From an uncultured virus (IMG/VR IMGVR_UViG_3300033562_000715) (lineage: Duplodnaviria > Heunggongvirae > Uroviricota > Caudoviricetes), in the IMG/VR virus record IMGVR_UViG_3300033562_000715: a stretch of 64,000 bases of DNA. One strand, written 5' to 3'. A program made the translations under genes and the position numbers. Every line of letters begins with the position of its first letter. Position 1 is the stretch's first letter. This document shows positions 40,381 through 50,622 of this stretch, one piece after another. Below the pieces are notes generated by a model that saw only the letters and a program-made list of their open reading frames with translations, was not told where the DNA came from and made no database searches.

Positions 40381-41097
40381 GTGGTAAACACATTGGTTAG
40401 TTCAAAAGATGTACAAATTCTCAATAAAAAGATTGAGATTATTATGCAACAGAAAGTAAAAGCTGAAACTCAGCAAGAGATGCTCAAAAAGAGATTATCT
40501 CAGGAATTAACGGAATACTCAAATCAGTTTGGTGTTTCCTTACAGGGTAAAACGTTTACTTCAACAAGAAAGCTTATTATTGAAGAAACAAAGAAGGTAA
40601 CTTCTGAAGTAGAAGCTGAATTTGCTTTAAAAGAAAAAGTTGTATCTGCCATTGAAAGTGGTGACATTAATACAGCATATGCTCTTTTGGGTATTGAAGT
40701 AAAGAAAGAGGTTGAACCTGAACCAGAAGTAGAACCAGAAGCTATTAAACTAGTTGAAGAGGCTCCAGTAGAACTAGATATCACATCTGAGGATTTTTCT
40801 TTTTGCGATTTAGAAGATGAGGACTTGGAAGAAGCTGACTTGGGAGACTTAGAAGAAGAAGTAAAGGTACCAGTTAAAGATGCTAAAGCAATTTTTGATT
40901 CTTTTGGTTTTGATGAAGACATTATTGAAGAGGAAGAAGCAGAAACTCCTAAATCTTCTGTAAAACCTGTAATGACCTCTGCAAAAGAAGCTTTTGCTGA
41001 CTTAGTAGTTGAAGATGAAAAAGAGGATGATTTAGGTTTAGGTGATTTAGACTTAGGTTTTGGTGATATGTTAAAGGGTACAAAATTTGAAGGTTAA
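40381..41097 (+). CDS. coiled-coil protein with long acidic tail
   Basis: N-terminal heptad pattern; D/E-rich C-terminal half. Confidence 0.75.
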   Translation: MVNTLVSSKDVQILNKKIEIIMQQKVKAETQQEMLKKRLSQELTEYSNQFGVSLQGKTFTSTRKLIIEETKKVTSEVEAEFALKEKVVSAIESGDINTAYALLGIEVKKEVEPEPEVEPEAIKLVEEAPVELDITSEDFSFCDLEDEDLEEADLGDLEEEVKVPVKDAKAIFDSFGFDEDIIEEEEAETPKSSVKPVMTSAKEAFADLVVEDEKEDDLGLGDLDLGFGDMLKGTKFEG

Positions 41098-41103
41098 GGA
41101 AGG

Positions 41104-42267
41104 TTGCAATATAGTATGAAAATTAGTGTTAATTTTGAAGAGTTACAAAAAACTCTTGTGTTATCAAATACGGTATTATCCGATAAGTCAGTAGATGAAA
41201 AGTTAAAGAACGTAATCTTTTTAGTAGATAAGGAATCGGTAAAATTGGTGGGATATAGTTCTTTTACCTTTGCAAGAACCGAATTAGAACAGGTTGAAGT
41301 AGACTGTTCTACTGAATCAGGTACTTGGCAGTTTCAAGTAAAAGCATCTGACCTAAATAAGATTGTAGGTAGTTTTTCTACTCTAAGTAGAACTAAAGTT
41401 GTAGGAATTGACTTTGAAGAAGATGGAACACGCATCAAGGTTTCTGTACATGAAGAACCTTTAGAAGAGGGTAACAGTCGTCTTGCTCAGGTAAGTGAAT
41501 TCAAACTTGAAAGTCCACAGATTCTAAAGAACATAGATACAAATATTCATATGCCTTTTCCAGAGAAAATAGATTTGCTTACAAGTGGAGACGTGTTTTT
41601 GTATCTAGATAGCTTGTTCCCTATCATGTCTAATGAATCTTCTAGTAATGTTGGTAACAAGATTAACTTTGCAGATGATTATGTCTTTGTAATAACACCT
41701 ACAATGTCAGCTTTCATGTTAAACAAATTACCTGAGGCATTCAAAAATCTTACGTTAACGTATTCATCAGCAAACTTCTTGAAAAGATTGTGTGACTCTT
41801 CAGATTCTGTAAGCGTTGCTAAGATTGATAAATACTTATGTATGCAATCGGGTAACACCGAAGCTTTCATGCAATACCAGCCAGTTAGGGTAAAATACAG
41901 CTTGTACCTTGATAAGAAGTCAAAAGATGTTGGAGTTGTAGTAGATAGGTTGTACCTACGTGACGTATTAAAAAGAATGGGTAATGTATTACCTGACGGA
42001 AAAGCTCATGTACTTGAAGATTCTACTATGCAGGTTGTTAATCAAAACTTCCAACAAATCATACCTTTGGAAAACACAAAAGGTGATGTTGAAAAGATCG
42101 GTTTTAACTTCTCAATACCAGTATTAGAAAAGTCTATCATTGGTAAGGATGATGCATTTTCTCAAGATTTATTCATTCATTTTGTACCAACAGCACGTGG
42201 TTATTTGATTTATATGTCTGATAAGACTGGAGCATGGTTCTCAACTACGCAAGTAACATCTGCGTAG
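41104..42267 (+). CDS. DNA polymerase III beta sliding clamp-like protein
   Basis: About 380 aa; MKISVNFEELQKTL...LKNVIF N-terminus, VDRLYLRDVLKRM and IGFNFS in third domain match the DnaN pattern. Confidence 0.7.
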   Translation: MQYSMKISVNFEELQKTLVLSNTVLSDKSVDEKLKNVIFLVDKESVKLVGYSSFTFARTELEQVEVDCSTESGTWQFQVKASDLNKIVGSFSTLSRTKVVGIDFEEDGTRIKVSVHEEPLEEGNSRLAQVSEFKLESPQILKNIDTNIHMPFPEKIDLLTSGDVFLYLDSLFPIMSNESSSNVGNKINFADDYVFVITPTMSAFMLNKLPEAFKNLTLTYSSANFLKRLCDSSDSVSVAKIDKYLCMQSGNTEAFMQYQPVRVKYSLYLDKKSKDVGVVVDRLYLRDVLKRMGNVLPDGKAHVLEDSTMQVVNQNFQQIIPLENTKGDVEKIGFNFSIPVLEKSIIGKDDAFSQDLFIHFVPTARGYLIYMSDKTGAWFSTTQVTSA

Positions 42268-42288
42268 TTAGAATAGGAAAGGGGTATT

Positions 42289-43017
42289 ATGCAAAGTAAT
42301 GTAGCTTTTTATGCACCAACAATCGGTGTATTACAAAACAATTTAAAGAGAAAAAGAGTTCTTCAAAGCAAAGTAGTCAGCCTTAATGAGTCCTTATCTG
42401 AGTCTCAGACATTGTATGTTAGAATGTTGAATGCTCAAAAGTTATTGGCTACAGTATCGGATAACAATACTGCAAAGACCTTGGACTTTATTACAGGTAT
42501 GGTGAATAAGGTTCTATCCGAAATCTTTCCTGAAGATGTTTATCAAATAAAGTTAAAGAAGAAACTCTTTGCAGGTAACAAACCTCATATCATTTTGGAG
42601 TTACAAGATGGTAGTGAAAACACCCTAGATTTAAAGATTCAAAGTGGTGCAGGTTTACGTCAGATAGTGAGCTTTATGTATGTTATTTGTTTGATAGAGA
42701 TTAGAAAGGGTAGAAAATTACTTATCCTAGATGAGCGTTTAAATGGTTTGCATAAGTCTGCAAAAACAGCTATTAGTCAAATCATTAAAATCTTTGTAAA
42801 GGGTGGTTACCAGTTCATCTTTGTTGAATACTCTTTGAACGATATAGGTAAGATTTACAACGTTGAAAAGCGTGGCAAGGAATCAACCCTAATCTCTATG
42901 GAGGGGGTAGACTATACTGATGATTTAGTACATGTGTCAGATGTAGATTTATCTGTTTTAGACAAGAACTTTGTTGAGGAAGAGAATTTAGAAGAGCCAG
43001 AAGAAAATAAGTTTTAA
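42289..43017 (+). CDS. SbcC/Rad50-like ATPase, C-terminal half (coiled coil, ABC signature, Walker B)
   Basis: QSGAGLRQIVSF signature-like, LLILDERLNGLH Walker B/D-loop; no Walker A. Confidence 0.85.
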   Translation: MQSNVAFYAPTIGVLQNNLKRKRVLQSKVVSLNESLSESQTLYVRMLNAQKLLATVSDNNTAKTLDFITGMVNKVLSEIFPEDVYQIKLKKKLFAGNKPHIILELQDGSENTLDLKIQSGAGLRQIVSFMYVICLIEIRKGRKLLILDERLNGLHKSAKTAISQIIKIFVKGGYQFIFVEYSLNDIGKIYNVEKRGKESTLISMEGVDYTDDLVHVSDVDLSVLDKNFVEEENLEEPEENKF

Positions 43018-43110
43018 GACAGGAAGAGCCTATTCTTTATTAAGAATGGCTTTTCTTTTTGTTCAGATTATGTTAAAATATTTATATTATACGAAAGGTA
43101 AGGTGTTTAT

Positions 43111-43572
43111 ATGTTTTATGCAAAAAATAACGGGGTTTATAATAATGTGGAGGACTATATAGCATATCTAAAAGGAAGCTTTTTAATGAACTTTAAGTTA
43201 ACGAAGGAAAACTTATCTTGTAGTGAGCATGAACTGTTCTTAATACAATCTGTAGGCTTAGCCTTGTTACATTTATGTTTAGAGGAACTTTCAAAGGTAG
43301 AATCAAATAAGTTACCAAATACAGGAGAGATTAAAGATTTATTTATTGTTAGTGATACACCTTTACTAGATAGTGTATTGGATTTAGCAGGGTATTGGTC
43401 TAATGACCTTGAGCAGGCTTTCTCAGAGAAATTAGAACTATTAGAAAGCAAAGAGGGTTCACCTTTCATCTCTGAGAGAAGAAAAGAGAACGTGAATGGC
43501 TCTCAAGTATCTTGTTTTGATATCATTTATAAATGGTTATTGGTGGAACACAAGTTATGTTTTAACTTCTAA
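43111..43572 (+). CDS. hypothetical protein
   Basis: Follows terminator (about 43023-43060) and promoter TATGTTAAAAT (43069). Confidence 0.7.
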   Translation: MFYAKNNGVYNNVEDYIAYLKGSFLMNFKLTKENLSCSEHELFLIQSVGLALLHLCLEELSKVESNKLPNTGEIKDLFIVSDTPLLDSVLDLAGYWSNDLEQAFSEKLELLESKEGSPFISERRKENVNGSQVSCFDIIYKWLLVEHKLCFNF

Positions 43573-43703
43573 ATAATTATTCATATTAAAACTCTATTAA
43601 AAGATGATTGGTTTCTAACCAGTCATCTTTTTTGTTTAATTGTTTAGAAATTCGTATATTACTTATAAGGAAAGTATTTTATAGATTAGGAGGAATAAGT
43701 ATT

Positions 43704-44912
43704 ATGTATATGTATAATCATCTTAAAGCAGGGTTGAACGTTTCTAAGATGGAGATAGGAAAAGCATCTCCAAATAGCTTAAAGGCATTAGTAATAACTA
43801 GAAGTTATATTTTGCTTGTGTACCACACTATTCAACCCACGTTAATAAATTTAAATATTCAGGAAAGCTTAGAAGATTTTGAAAAGAATGGTAGAGGTGG
43901 TGCTTTACATAACCTTTTAAACACTCGTCAACTATCTTGTTTGGAAGAGATTTATGTAGACTCAGCTTTGTCTAACTATCTTGGTTTAATGGACTTAGAA
44001 CAGTATGTAAGCAAATCTACTAACTCTGCATCAAGGCTTAGGTATTATGGGTATATCAACCACGATAGTATGGAAGATGTTTATAACTGTTACAAAACAG
44101 CACTTTCAAATGCTAAGATAGACTATACACTAGCAGAAGATGAGAGGACTTTTATCTTGAGTTCAACTTCAACTAGTAATGCTAACTGGTATGCTAAGCA
44201 TAACTTAAGACCAGAAATATATGCACTTGATTCAGAAAAAGGAACCTTGAGTATATGGTTAAGAAAGGTAGAAGTAGAAGTAAAGAAACAACAAGATTTA
44301 GCCATTGAACAGCTAAACAAACAGGGTATTGAATCAGCAGTGAACTGTCTTTTCCAACAGGATTGTGCAAATACAGAAGGTTTAAGTCTGTTTTTAATGC
44401 TTAGAAAGGCTCTTACATCTAGGGCATCAAAAGATGTAATTTGCAGTACAGTAGTATCTACTATTGATGCTGAAAAGAACAAGCTTGAACGTGTAAAGAT
44501 ATCTATAGAGAGTTTAAGGGAGTTTATAAGCAAGGATTTATCAAGCTTAGGAAATAAAGGTAAATTCCTTTTGAGTTATTACAAATCTACTGACATCTTT
44601 GCAAAGGGTACTCAACTAAACCTAGAAAAATTAGTTTCTTATGCAAAGAGGTATGAAGGTTTCTTGTGTTTACCAACTCTTTTAGAACGCATCTGTTCAT
44701 CTTTAGCAGAGGTAGCTATGAGAGGTTCAAACACTGACTTGCGTATTATAATGTATTTAGTATTAGATGATTTTTCTTTATTAGATATAGATAGGGATTT
44801 ACTTGTAATAACAAAAGGTATTCGTGAAAGTAATAACTGTGTAAACTTGTATATGAGCCTACTATTGGGTATATGTGGATATACAGAAGAATCAATAAAA
44901 TTAGTAAAATAG
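43704..44912 (+). CDS. hypothetical protein coupled to the large ATPase gene
   Basis: ATG 43704 after AGGAGG; stop 3 bp before next start. Confidence 0.75.
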   Translation: MYMYNHLKAGLNVSKMEIGKASPNSLKALVITRSYILLVYHTIQPTLINLNIQESLEDFEKNGRGGALHNLLNTRQLSCLEEIYVDSALSNYLGLMDLEQYVSKSTNSASRLRYYGYINHDSMEDVYNCYKTALSNAKIDYTLAEDERTFILSSTSTSNANWYAKHNLRPEIYALDSEKGTLSIWLRKVEVEVKKQQDLAIEQLNKQGIESAVNCLFQQDCANTEGLSLFLMLRKALTSRASKDVICSTVVSTIDAEKNKLERVKISIESLREFISKDLSSLGNKGKFLLSYYKSTDIFAKGTQLNLEKLVSYAKRYEGFLCLPTLLERICSSLAEVAMRGSNTDLRIIMYLVLDDFSLLDIDRDLLVITKGIRESNNCVNLYMSLLLGICGYTEESIKLVK

Positions 44913-44915
44913 GAG

Positions 44916-47900
44916 GTGAGCGTAGTGCTAGAAAATGTAGATTTGTTAGAGAGTTTAGATAATGGGTTAGCTGAGAAGGGTATATCCCCTGAAAAGTTTG
45001 CTAAACTGTTTAGATTGGTTGTTGGTCAGAACTTAGCTGACTGTAGAAGAGTAGACCTAGAGTTATTAGATGACTTGAGTTATACTATGCAAGGTTCGGA
45101 TCTTTTATTAACTGAAAGTGCAATACTTGACACAACTCTTTTATTGTTAGCTAACCAGGGTAGCAACGTTCCAGTAAGTTTGGAAAACTCAATGAAGATT
45201 GCTAAGATGAGAGGTTTAATACCAACAAGGGTAACTGAGAGCCCTAAATTATTAGAAGAAATAAATAAGTATTTAGGCTCAGATATGGATATGGGTGACG
45301 TAATAGACACCGAGGAACCTTTTGATTTAAGTGATATGGAAGATGAGGATAGCGAAGAACCTGTGGTTTTTACCCCTGAGGATCCTGAAGAGGGTATGGA
45401 AGAACCTGAAGAGGTTTTTGAAGAAGAAGAGATAGAAGAACCTAAAGAGGAAGAGGTTTCCGAAGAGCCTGAAGAGGAAGATGTATCTGCCATTGAGTCA
45501 TATTATGCACAGTACTATAATGGTATAGTACAAGAATTGTTAAAAAGGTACTCAGACTTGTATGCAAGTGGGTATGAAGTTTCTAAACCAGCTGGAGTTC
45601 TTACGGAGTTGGGTATAGTTAGGGTATCAGGTTCAACTAAGGTTATTTTTGAGGACTCAGTTTCCACAACTGCTACCTATTCTATCTTAAAGAGTAAGCT
45701 AGACTTTAAAGAGAGTGCATCAAGGTCTGTAGCAAGAATTGCTAGCGACATCTATTCAGGGTATATTTCAGATGGTTTAGTTACTTATTTCCCTAATAAG
45801 CATTTAGAATTTGCTTATGGATTATGTGCACCAGAGGGAGAAAACCAAGATTCAACAAATACTTATAAACGTCATGCAGATGCAGCTCACTGGGCTAAGT
45901 ATCTTAGTGGAGACCTTACTAAAGCTGTAAAACTATTAGTTAAGAAGTCAACAGTTTTATTTGTAAGAAACTATTCTGAGAAGCATGAAGTTAGTTACAA
46001 GTCTAAAGAAGTAATGTTAGAAATAGGTAACTATTTAAAATACCTACAGAGCTGTTTAAGTTTAAGTTTACTCTTTAGTGAATACAAGGTAGGAGACGTT
46101 GATGGAGACAGAGAAGTTGCAGCTTTTAAACTTAGGATTTGTGACCCAGAAGAGAAAATTCTTAACTTAGATTTAACCCATGCAATTCTCCAACATGCTT
46201 TCATGGGTGGTGTAGGTAAGGTACCTTTTTCATACAATCCAAGGGTAAACATGTCTACATGCATAATAGAATATGCCCATGAGTTTAACCATGATATGGC
46301 TCAAGCAACTCCTTTATTTGCTTATAAAGCCTTAGAATCTTTGAAGGCACAGGGTATGTCACTATCCTTTGAAAACCTTATATTGGGTATGGCTGAAGAT
46401 GGTTCAATACTTAGAGCAGGTTCGGAGATAGTTCTATCTAAGCATTTAACTCATTTTGATATAGCAGGTTCTCAGGCAGGTAAAGGTGTAATGACTTTAA
46501 ACATTCTCGCTAGTGGTATAGCAAGTAATAAGAACATCATATATCTTGATAAAAAACCAGATATGTCATCTTTATTAAAATACTTAGCACCAAATATGCC
46601 AGTAATCAATGGTGGTGACTTACAACCAGGGTATGATGCATTTAAACAGTGGTCTAACATGACTTTAAACAATGTACCTGATGAAGTAATCGATGCCTTT
46701 GGTTTAACCCCAAGTTGGAATGACTTAGGTGACCTTGTATATATGAGGTTGTTAAAGCTTTCAATAGGTTTATTAATGGTAAGAGGTTCAAGTCATACAG
46801 AGAGTTGTTTCGGTGGAGAAGACGGTATACTTTTAATAGTTGATGAGTTTTCTAACTTTCAGAAAAGCTTTATGTCAATGGTAACTCATTTAACATCTAG
46901 TTTACCGCCTATAACGCTAGAGAAAGCAAAGAAGGCAGTAGAAGAAAATAAGATGACTGAAGTTGAATTTAAGAGGGTTTACTCTAATAAAGGATACTAT
47001 GCTTTATCATATCTAAATTCTCTTATGTCAGACATGGAGTACTTAGCAGCTAAAAAAGATGCAGGTTATGACCCAATGGAGACTGCAAGGTCAGATATCT
47101 TTGTTATTGGTCAATCGTTAGAAAAGGGTATGTTTAATCATGGTGATTTTAAGGATACATTTGGTAACTCATCTTCATCAGGTAGATACAAATCTATTGA
47201 TGCTAATGGTTTAACAAAGGGAAGTTTTGCTTTAGGTGACCAAAGTATCCCATCAAACTATGTAAACTTTAAAACAGCAGATGCTTTCTTTGGTAGAAAC
47301 ATGGATGATGGTAGGGATAAGTATCTTGCTCAAACTTCTAACAATAGTAAGGCTAAGGGTAGATTAGATGATAAGGCTAGTAATTTTGCTTACCTTAGCA
47401 ACTTTTCAGAAACTGTAAGAAAGAAGATTGTAAGTGGTACGGAGTCAGACAATATTGCACTAGCAAATAAATCTATATACTTCAAACCATTCTTGATATT
47501 AAATTCTTCTAATGCTAATGACGATTGTGTTCTTAAGATGTTTGAAAGGGTAAGAACTAATGCAGGAATCTCTAACGAAGAACTTATAAGAGAGAATCCT
47601 AGTTATGAAAATCCTGAAAAGATTAACGAGGCAATAGGTTTTATTGACTCTATAAAGGCTTCGGGTATTAAAGATGTAAGTGGTATTTTATCTAAATCGG
47701 CTGAGCCTTTGAATTACATTGTACAAGAAATTCTTAGATACCCAGGAGATTGGTTTCAGTTTGTAACAGACTTTTCAACTGAATGGTTATTTACGGTAAA
47801 AGATATTGTAGATGCAGTAGAAACAGGTACTTGTGGCTTATATAATCCTATAACAAACCCTATACTAAGGGAGTATGTAGAGTTCAATCCAGCAAGGTTC

Positions 47901-49046
47901 AGTGGTTCATATGAAGATAGTACTACTGAAAGTCAAAGGGTAATGAAAGACTTCTTTTACACAGAATCTAGTAAAGAGGATTTTTCAAATTCTGCTAAAG
48001 TCTTTGAAGATGCTAATGAACGTATGGCTGACGTTATGGGGGATAACAAATCTCTTAATCCAGATGAAGAAATCTCTTTTGGAGATGAATCAGATAGCTT
48101 TTATCAACCATTAAAAGAAACAGAAGTTAATGAATCAGGGATTAGAAACTCAGAAGTATTCAAAAGTAGTAGTCCTGAATCTGTATTAGAGGTAGAACAA
48201 AGGGTAAGAGACCTATTAGCAAAGCTAGAACAATTGGGATATGCAGGGGCAGAGAAAGTTGTACCAATAATGCCTTTAACAGAAACTACAGAGTTTACTC
48301 AAGAGGCTTTCAAGGATTTATCTTTTAATGAAGAAGCTGAAATAAATTCTTTAGCAGCCCTAATGAACCTTATTACAACTGATGTAATTACTAAGTTTGG
48401 TGGACCAAGTAGAGTTACAAGCTTTAAGGTAGTTGGTGGTAGTATTGCAATTAATGGTTATTTTTACTCTTGTAAGGTAAAAGGAGAAAACGTTCAAAAT
48501 ATACCATATGACATAAGAAAGGATTTAAATGCAGGAAATATTTCAAAACTGTTTAGTTATGTTACATTAAAGAGTATGTTAAACCTAAGAGATTTAGAAT
48601 TTGATTCACTTGGTTTAGCTTATGATTATGTTAGTAGCCAGCTTGGATTTGGTAATTCTATTAGTGTAGATAGATTCTTCTCAACTTTCAGGTCTTTACA
48701 GGTTTTAACCATTGGTAAGAGAAAGTTTGAAAGAGCTACTTATGTTGAACAATCAAAGGGTGAAGACATCTTCTACAAACCAAGAAAATCAGCAGAGTTA
48801 GCGGATGCAGGTGAAAAACTATTAAGTAAGTTTTCGAGTAACTCTTGGAAATTTACTAAAGACTTAGCAACAAAGAAGAATTGTAACTTAGCATTTAAGA
48901 TTATAGGTGTACCTGTTTTAGCAACGGTTGCAGCAACTACAGGTTTGGCACAGGTTGGCTCAAAAAGTATTAGATATGTTGCTAAGTCAGTATCAGAGGG
49001 TATAAAGGACTTTTCAGCTGGTGTAAAGGGGTTATTCAACTCATAG
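44916..49046 (+). CDS. large FtsK/HerA-superfamily P-loop ATPase
   Basis: LILGMAEDG, HFDIAGSQAGKG (Walker A), IIYLDKK, LLIVDEF (Walker B), FVIGQ; acidic linker; C-terminal hydrophobic segment. Confidence 0.7.
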   Translation: MSVVLENVDLLESLDNGLAEKGISPEKFAKLFRLVVGQNLADCRRVDLELLDDLSYTMQGSDLLLTESAILDTTLLLLANQGSNVPVSLENSMKIAKMRGLIPTRVTESPKLLEEINKYLGSDMDMGDVIDTEEPFDLSDMEDEDSEEPVVFTPEDPEEGMEEPEEVFEEEEIEEPKEEEVSEEPEEEDVSAIESYYAQYYNGIVQELLKRYSDLYASGYEVSKPAGVLTELGIVRVSGSTKVIFEDSVSTTATYSILKSKLDFKESASRSVARIASDIYSGYISDGLVTYFPNKHLEFAYGLCAPEGENQDSTNTYKRHADAAHWAKYLSGDLTKAVKLLVKKSTVLFVRNYSEKHEVSYKSKEVMLEIGNYLKYLQSCLSLSLLFSEYKVGDVDGDREVAAFKLRICDPEEKILNLDLTHAILQHAFMGGVGKVPFSYNPRVNMSTCIIEYAHEFNHDMAQATPLFAYKALESLKAQGMSLSFENLILGMAEDGSILRAGSEIVLSKHLTHFDIAGSQAGKGVMTLNILASGIASNKNIIYLDKKPDMSSLLKYLAPNMPVINGGDLQPGYDAFKQWSNMTLNNVPDEVIDAFGLTPSWNDLGDLVYMRLLKLSIGLLMVRGSSHTESCFGGEDGILLIVDEFSNFQKSFMSMVTHLTSSLPPITLEKAKKAVEENKMTEVEFKRVYSNKGYYALSYLNSLMSDMEYLAAKKDAGYDPMETARSDIFVIGQSLEKGMFNHGDFKDTFGNSSSSGRYKSIDANGLTKGSFALGDQSIPSNYVNFKTADAFFGRNMDDGRDKYLAQTSNNSKAKGRLDDKASNFAYLSNFSETVRKKIVSGTESDNIALANKSIYFKPFLILNSSNANDDCVLKMFERVRTNAGISNEELIRENPSYENPEKINEAIGFIDSIKASGIKDVSGILSKSAEPLNYIVQEILRYPGDWFQFVTDFSTEWLFTVKDIVDAVETGTCGLYNPITNPILREYVEFNPARFSGSYEDSTTESQRVMKDFFYTESSKEDFSNSAKVFEDANERMADVMGDNKSLNPDEEISFGDESDSFYQPLKETEVNESGIRNSEVFKSSSPESVLEVEQRVRDLLAKLEQLGYAGAEKVVPIMPLTETTEFTQEAFKDLSFNEEAEINSLAALMNLITTDVITKFGGPSRVTSFKVVGGSIAINGYFYSCKVKGENVQNIPYDIRKDLNAGNISKLFSYVTLKSMLNLRDLEFDSLGLAYDYVSSQLGFGNSISVDRFFSTFRSLQVLTIGKRKFERATYVEQSKGEDIFYKPRKSAELADAGEKLLSKFSSNSWKFTKDLATKKNCNLAFKIIGVPVLATVAATTGLAQVGSKSIRYVAKSVSEGIKDFSAGVKGLFNS

Positions 49047-49149
49047 TAAAGGTCTGTAAACATAATGGAAAGGTTTATTCTTATCTTAGGATAGGCTTTT
49101 CTTTTTATTTTAAGTATGGTAAACTAGTATTTATGTAGGAGGTTGGTTT

Positions 49150-50268
49150 ATGGCTAATAAGGCTTTGAGAACAGTTAGTAGAACTCAGTTTAGTATAGAT
49201 TTCAAGCAGGAAATATGGGAGAAGTCAGACGGGAGATGCTGTAAATGTGGTTGTAGTTTCAATGAAAAGGGTAAAATGTTTACAATAGAACATGTTATTC
49301 CTTTATCAAAGGGTGGAACCAATGATAAAGACAACGTTATTGGTCTTTGCAAGCAATGTAATTTAGAAAAAGGTGAAATGGTAGTTACTAAGAGCTTGGG
49401 TAAATATTATAAGTATCTAAATACTGAACAACTTGCTTTACTTGAGACTTATGTTGAAAACTATGTAAACAATAGTAGTTTGTTAAATTTTAATACTTGG
49501 TTATCTAGTGATATAGAAGAAATAACATTAGGTAAAATACGAAAGGGTTCTAAGAAGCATTTAGATAGAGACTCTGTAATACTTTTAAACGTGGTAAGAC
49601 TCTTAAAGAAAGCAGTATATACTGATTTGCAGGATATTGTAGACTTTGCAGTAGGTTCTGAGTGTTTTATAGATACAACAAAAGATGAAATGGTAAACTC
49701 ATTTAAAAATGCTTTTATAAAAGGAAGCATATATGTATTAAGGAGTTGTTCAGGTTCTATATTAGGTTGTTTCTGTGTATCTTTGGAGTTAGAGTATTCT
49801 AGTTTACAAGATAAATATGTAATCTTACCTAAGATATATAATGTAGCCTTAAGGGTAGGCTCAGAATTACATTTAGCTATGGGTATTTGCAGATTGTTTG
49901 ATGATTTTTTAGTAACAAGCAATTTAGAGTGTTGTTCCTTTGTCGTAGATATTGATTTAACTAGGAATACATTTGCCTTAGCTGACTTGTTTAGTAGTAT
50001 ATTTATAAGAAAACCTAGTAAGCCTTTATCAAACCCTAATTACTTAAGCTTTTATACTATAGCAGTAATAGACGGGGATATGAATAGCATAGTAAATAAA
50101 TCTAGTATTGAAACAGAAGATAAGAAAGAGTTCTTAATAACCTTAGAGAATGAAGAAGACGCTTTTTTTAGAAGGATTTGGAACTTTAGGTCATTTTGTT
50201 TAGTGAGAGATTTAACTATTGATGTACTAAATACTTTAGGTAACAATATCGTATATGGGGTACAATAA
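49150..50268 (+). CDS. HNH endonuclease with C-terminal GNAT-like region
   Basis: GRCCKCG...TIEHVIPLSKGGTND..N....CKQCN.EKG; LKKAVYTDLQDI...YVLRSCSGSILG resembles a GNAT N-terminus. Confidence 0.8.
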   Translation: MANKALRTVSRTQFSIDFKQEIWEKSDGRCCKCGCSFNEKGKMFTIEHVIPLSKGGTNDKDNVIGLCKQCNLEKGEMVVTKSLGKYYKYLNTEQLALLETYVENYVNNSSLLNFNTWLSSDIEEITLGKIRKGSKKHLDRDSVILLNVVRLLKKAVYTDLQDIVDFAVGSECFIDTTKDEMVNSFKNAFIKGSIYVLRSCSGSILGCFCVSLELEYSSLQDKYVILPKIYNVALRVGSELHLAMGICRLFDDFLVTSNLECCSFVVDIDLTRNTFALADLFSSIFIRKPSKPLSNPNYLSFYTIAVIDGDMNSIVNKSSIETEDKKEFLITLENEEDAFFRRIWNFRSFCLVRDLTIDVLNTLGNNIVYGVQ

Positions 50269-50376
50269 CTTTAAAGTTTAGTTTATTTATGTTATTTTGT
50301 TATTTTTAGTAGATTTATATTGTAGTTTTTATATAAATACGTTATAATTATATGTAAGGAAGGAAGGTGCTTTTAA

Positions 50377-50622
50377 ATGTATAACCCTTATGCAGTTTTA
50401 GGTGTTAGAGCCAATAGTTCTAAAGACTCTATAAAAGCAGTTTATCGAGAGTTATGTAAAACTGTACACCCAGACATTCCAAAGACAGGTAATGCACAAA
50501 AATTTATTGAAATTACTAAAGCTTGGAAAGTCATAGAAGAAAATCATATAGACGGGGGTTTTGCAGGGTATATGTGGAGGCACACTAATCTCTTTAACAT
50601 CCACAAGGAGGAAAGTAAATAA
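50377..50622 (+). CDS. stand-alone J-domain (DnaJ-like) protein
   Basis: NPYAVLGV...IKAVYRELCKTVHPD...FIEITKAW. Confidence 0.9.
   Translation: MYNPYAVLGVRANSSKDSIKAVYRELCKTVHPDIPKTGNAQKFIEITKAWKVIEENHIDGGFAGYMWRHTNLFNIHKEESK

Noticed and set aside
45300..45490. GAAGAG/CCTGAA repeats as a DNA repeat element
   Set aside because: Explained by the Glu/Pro-rich low-complexity linker of the ATPase; same for 40720-41050 and 36600-36680.
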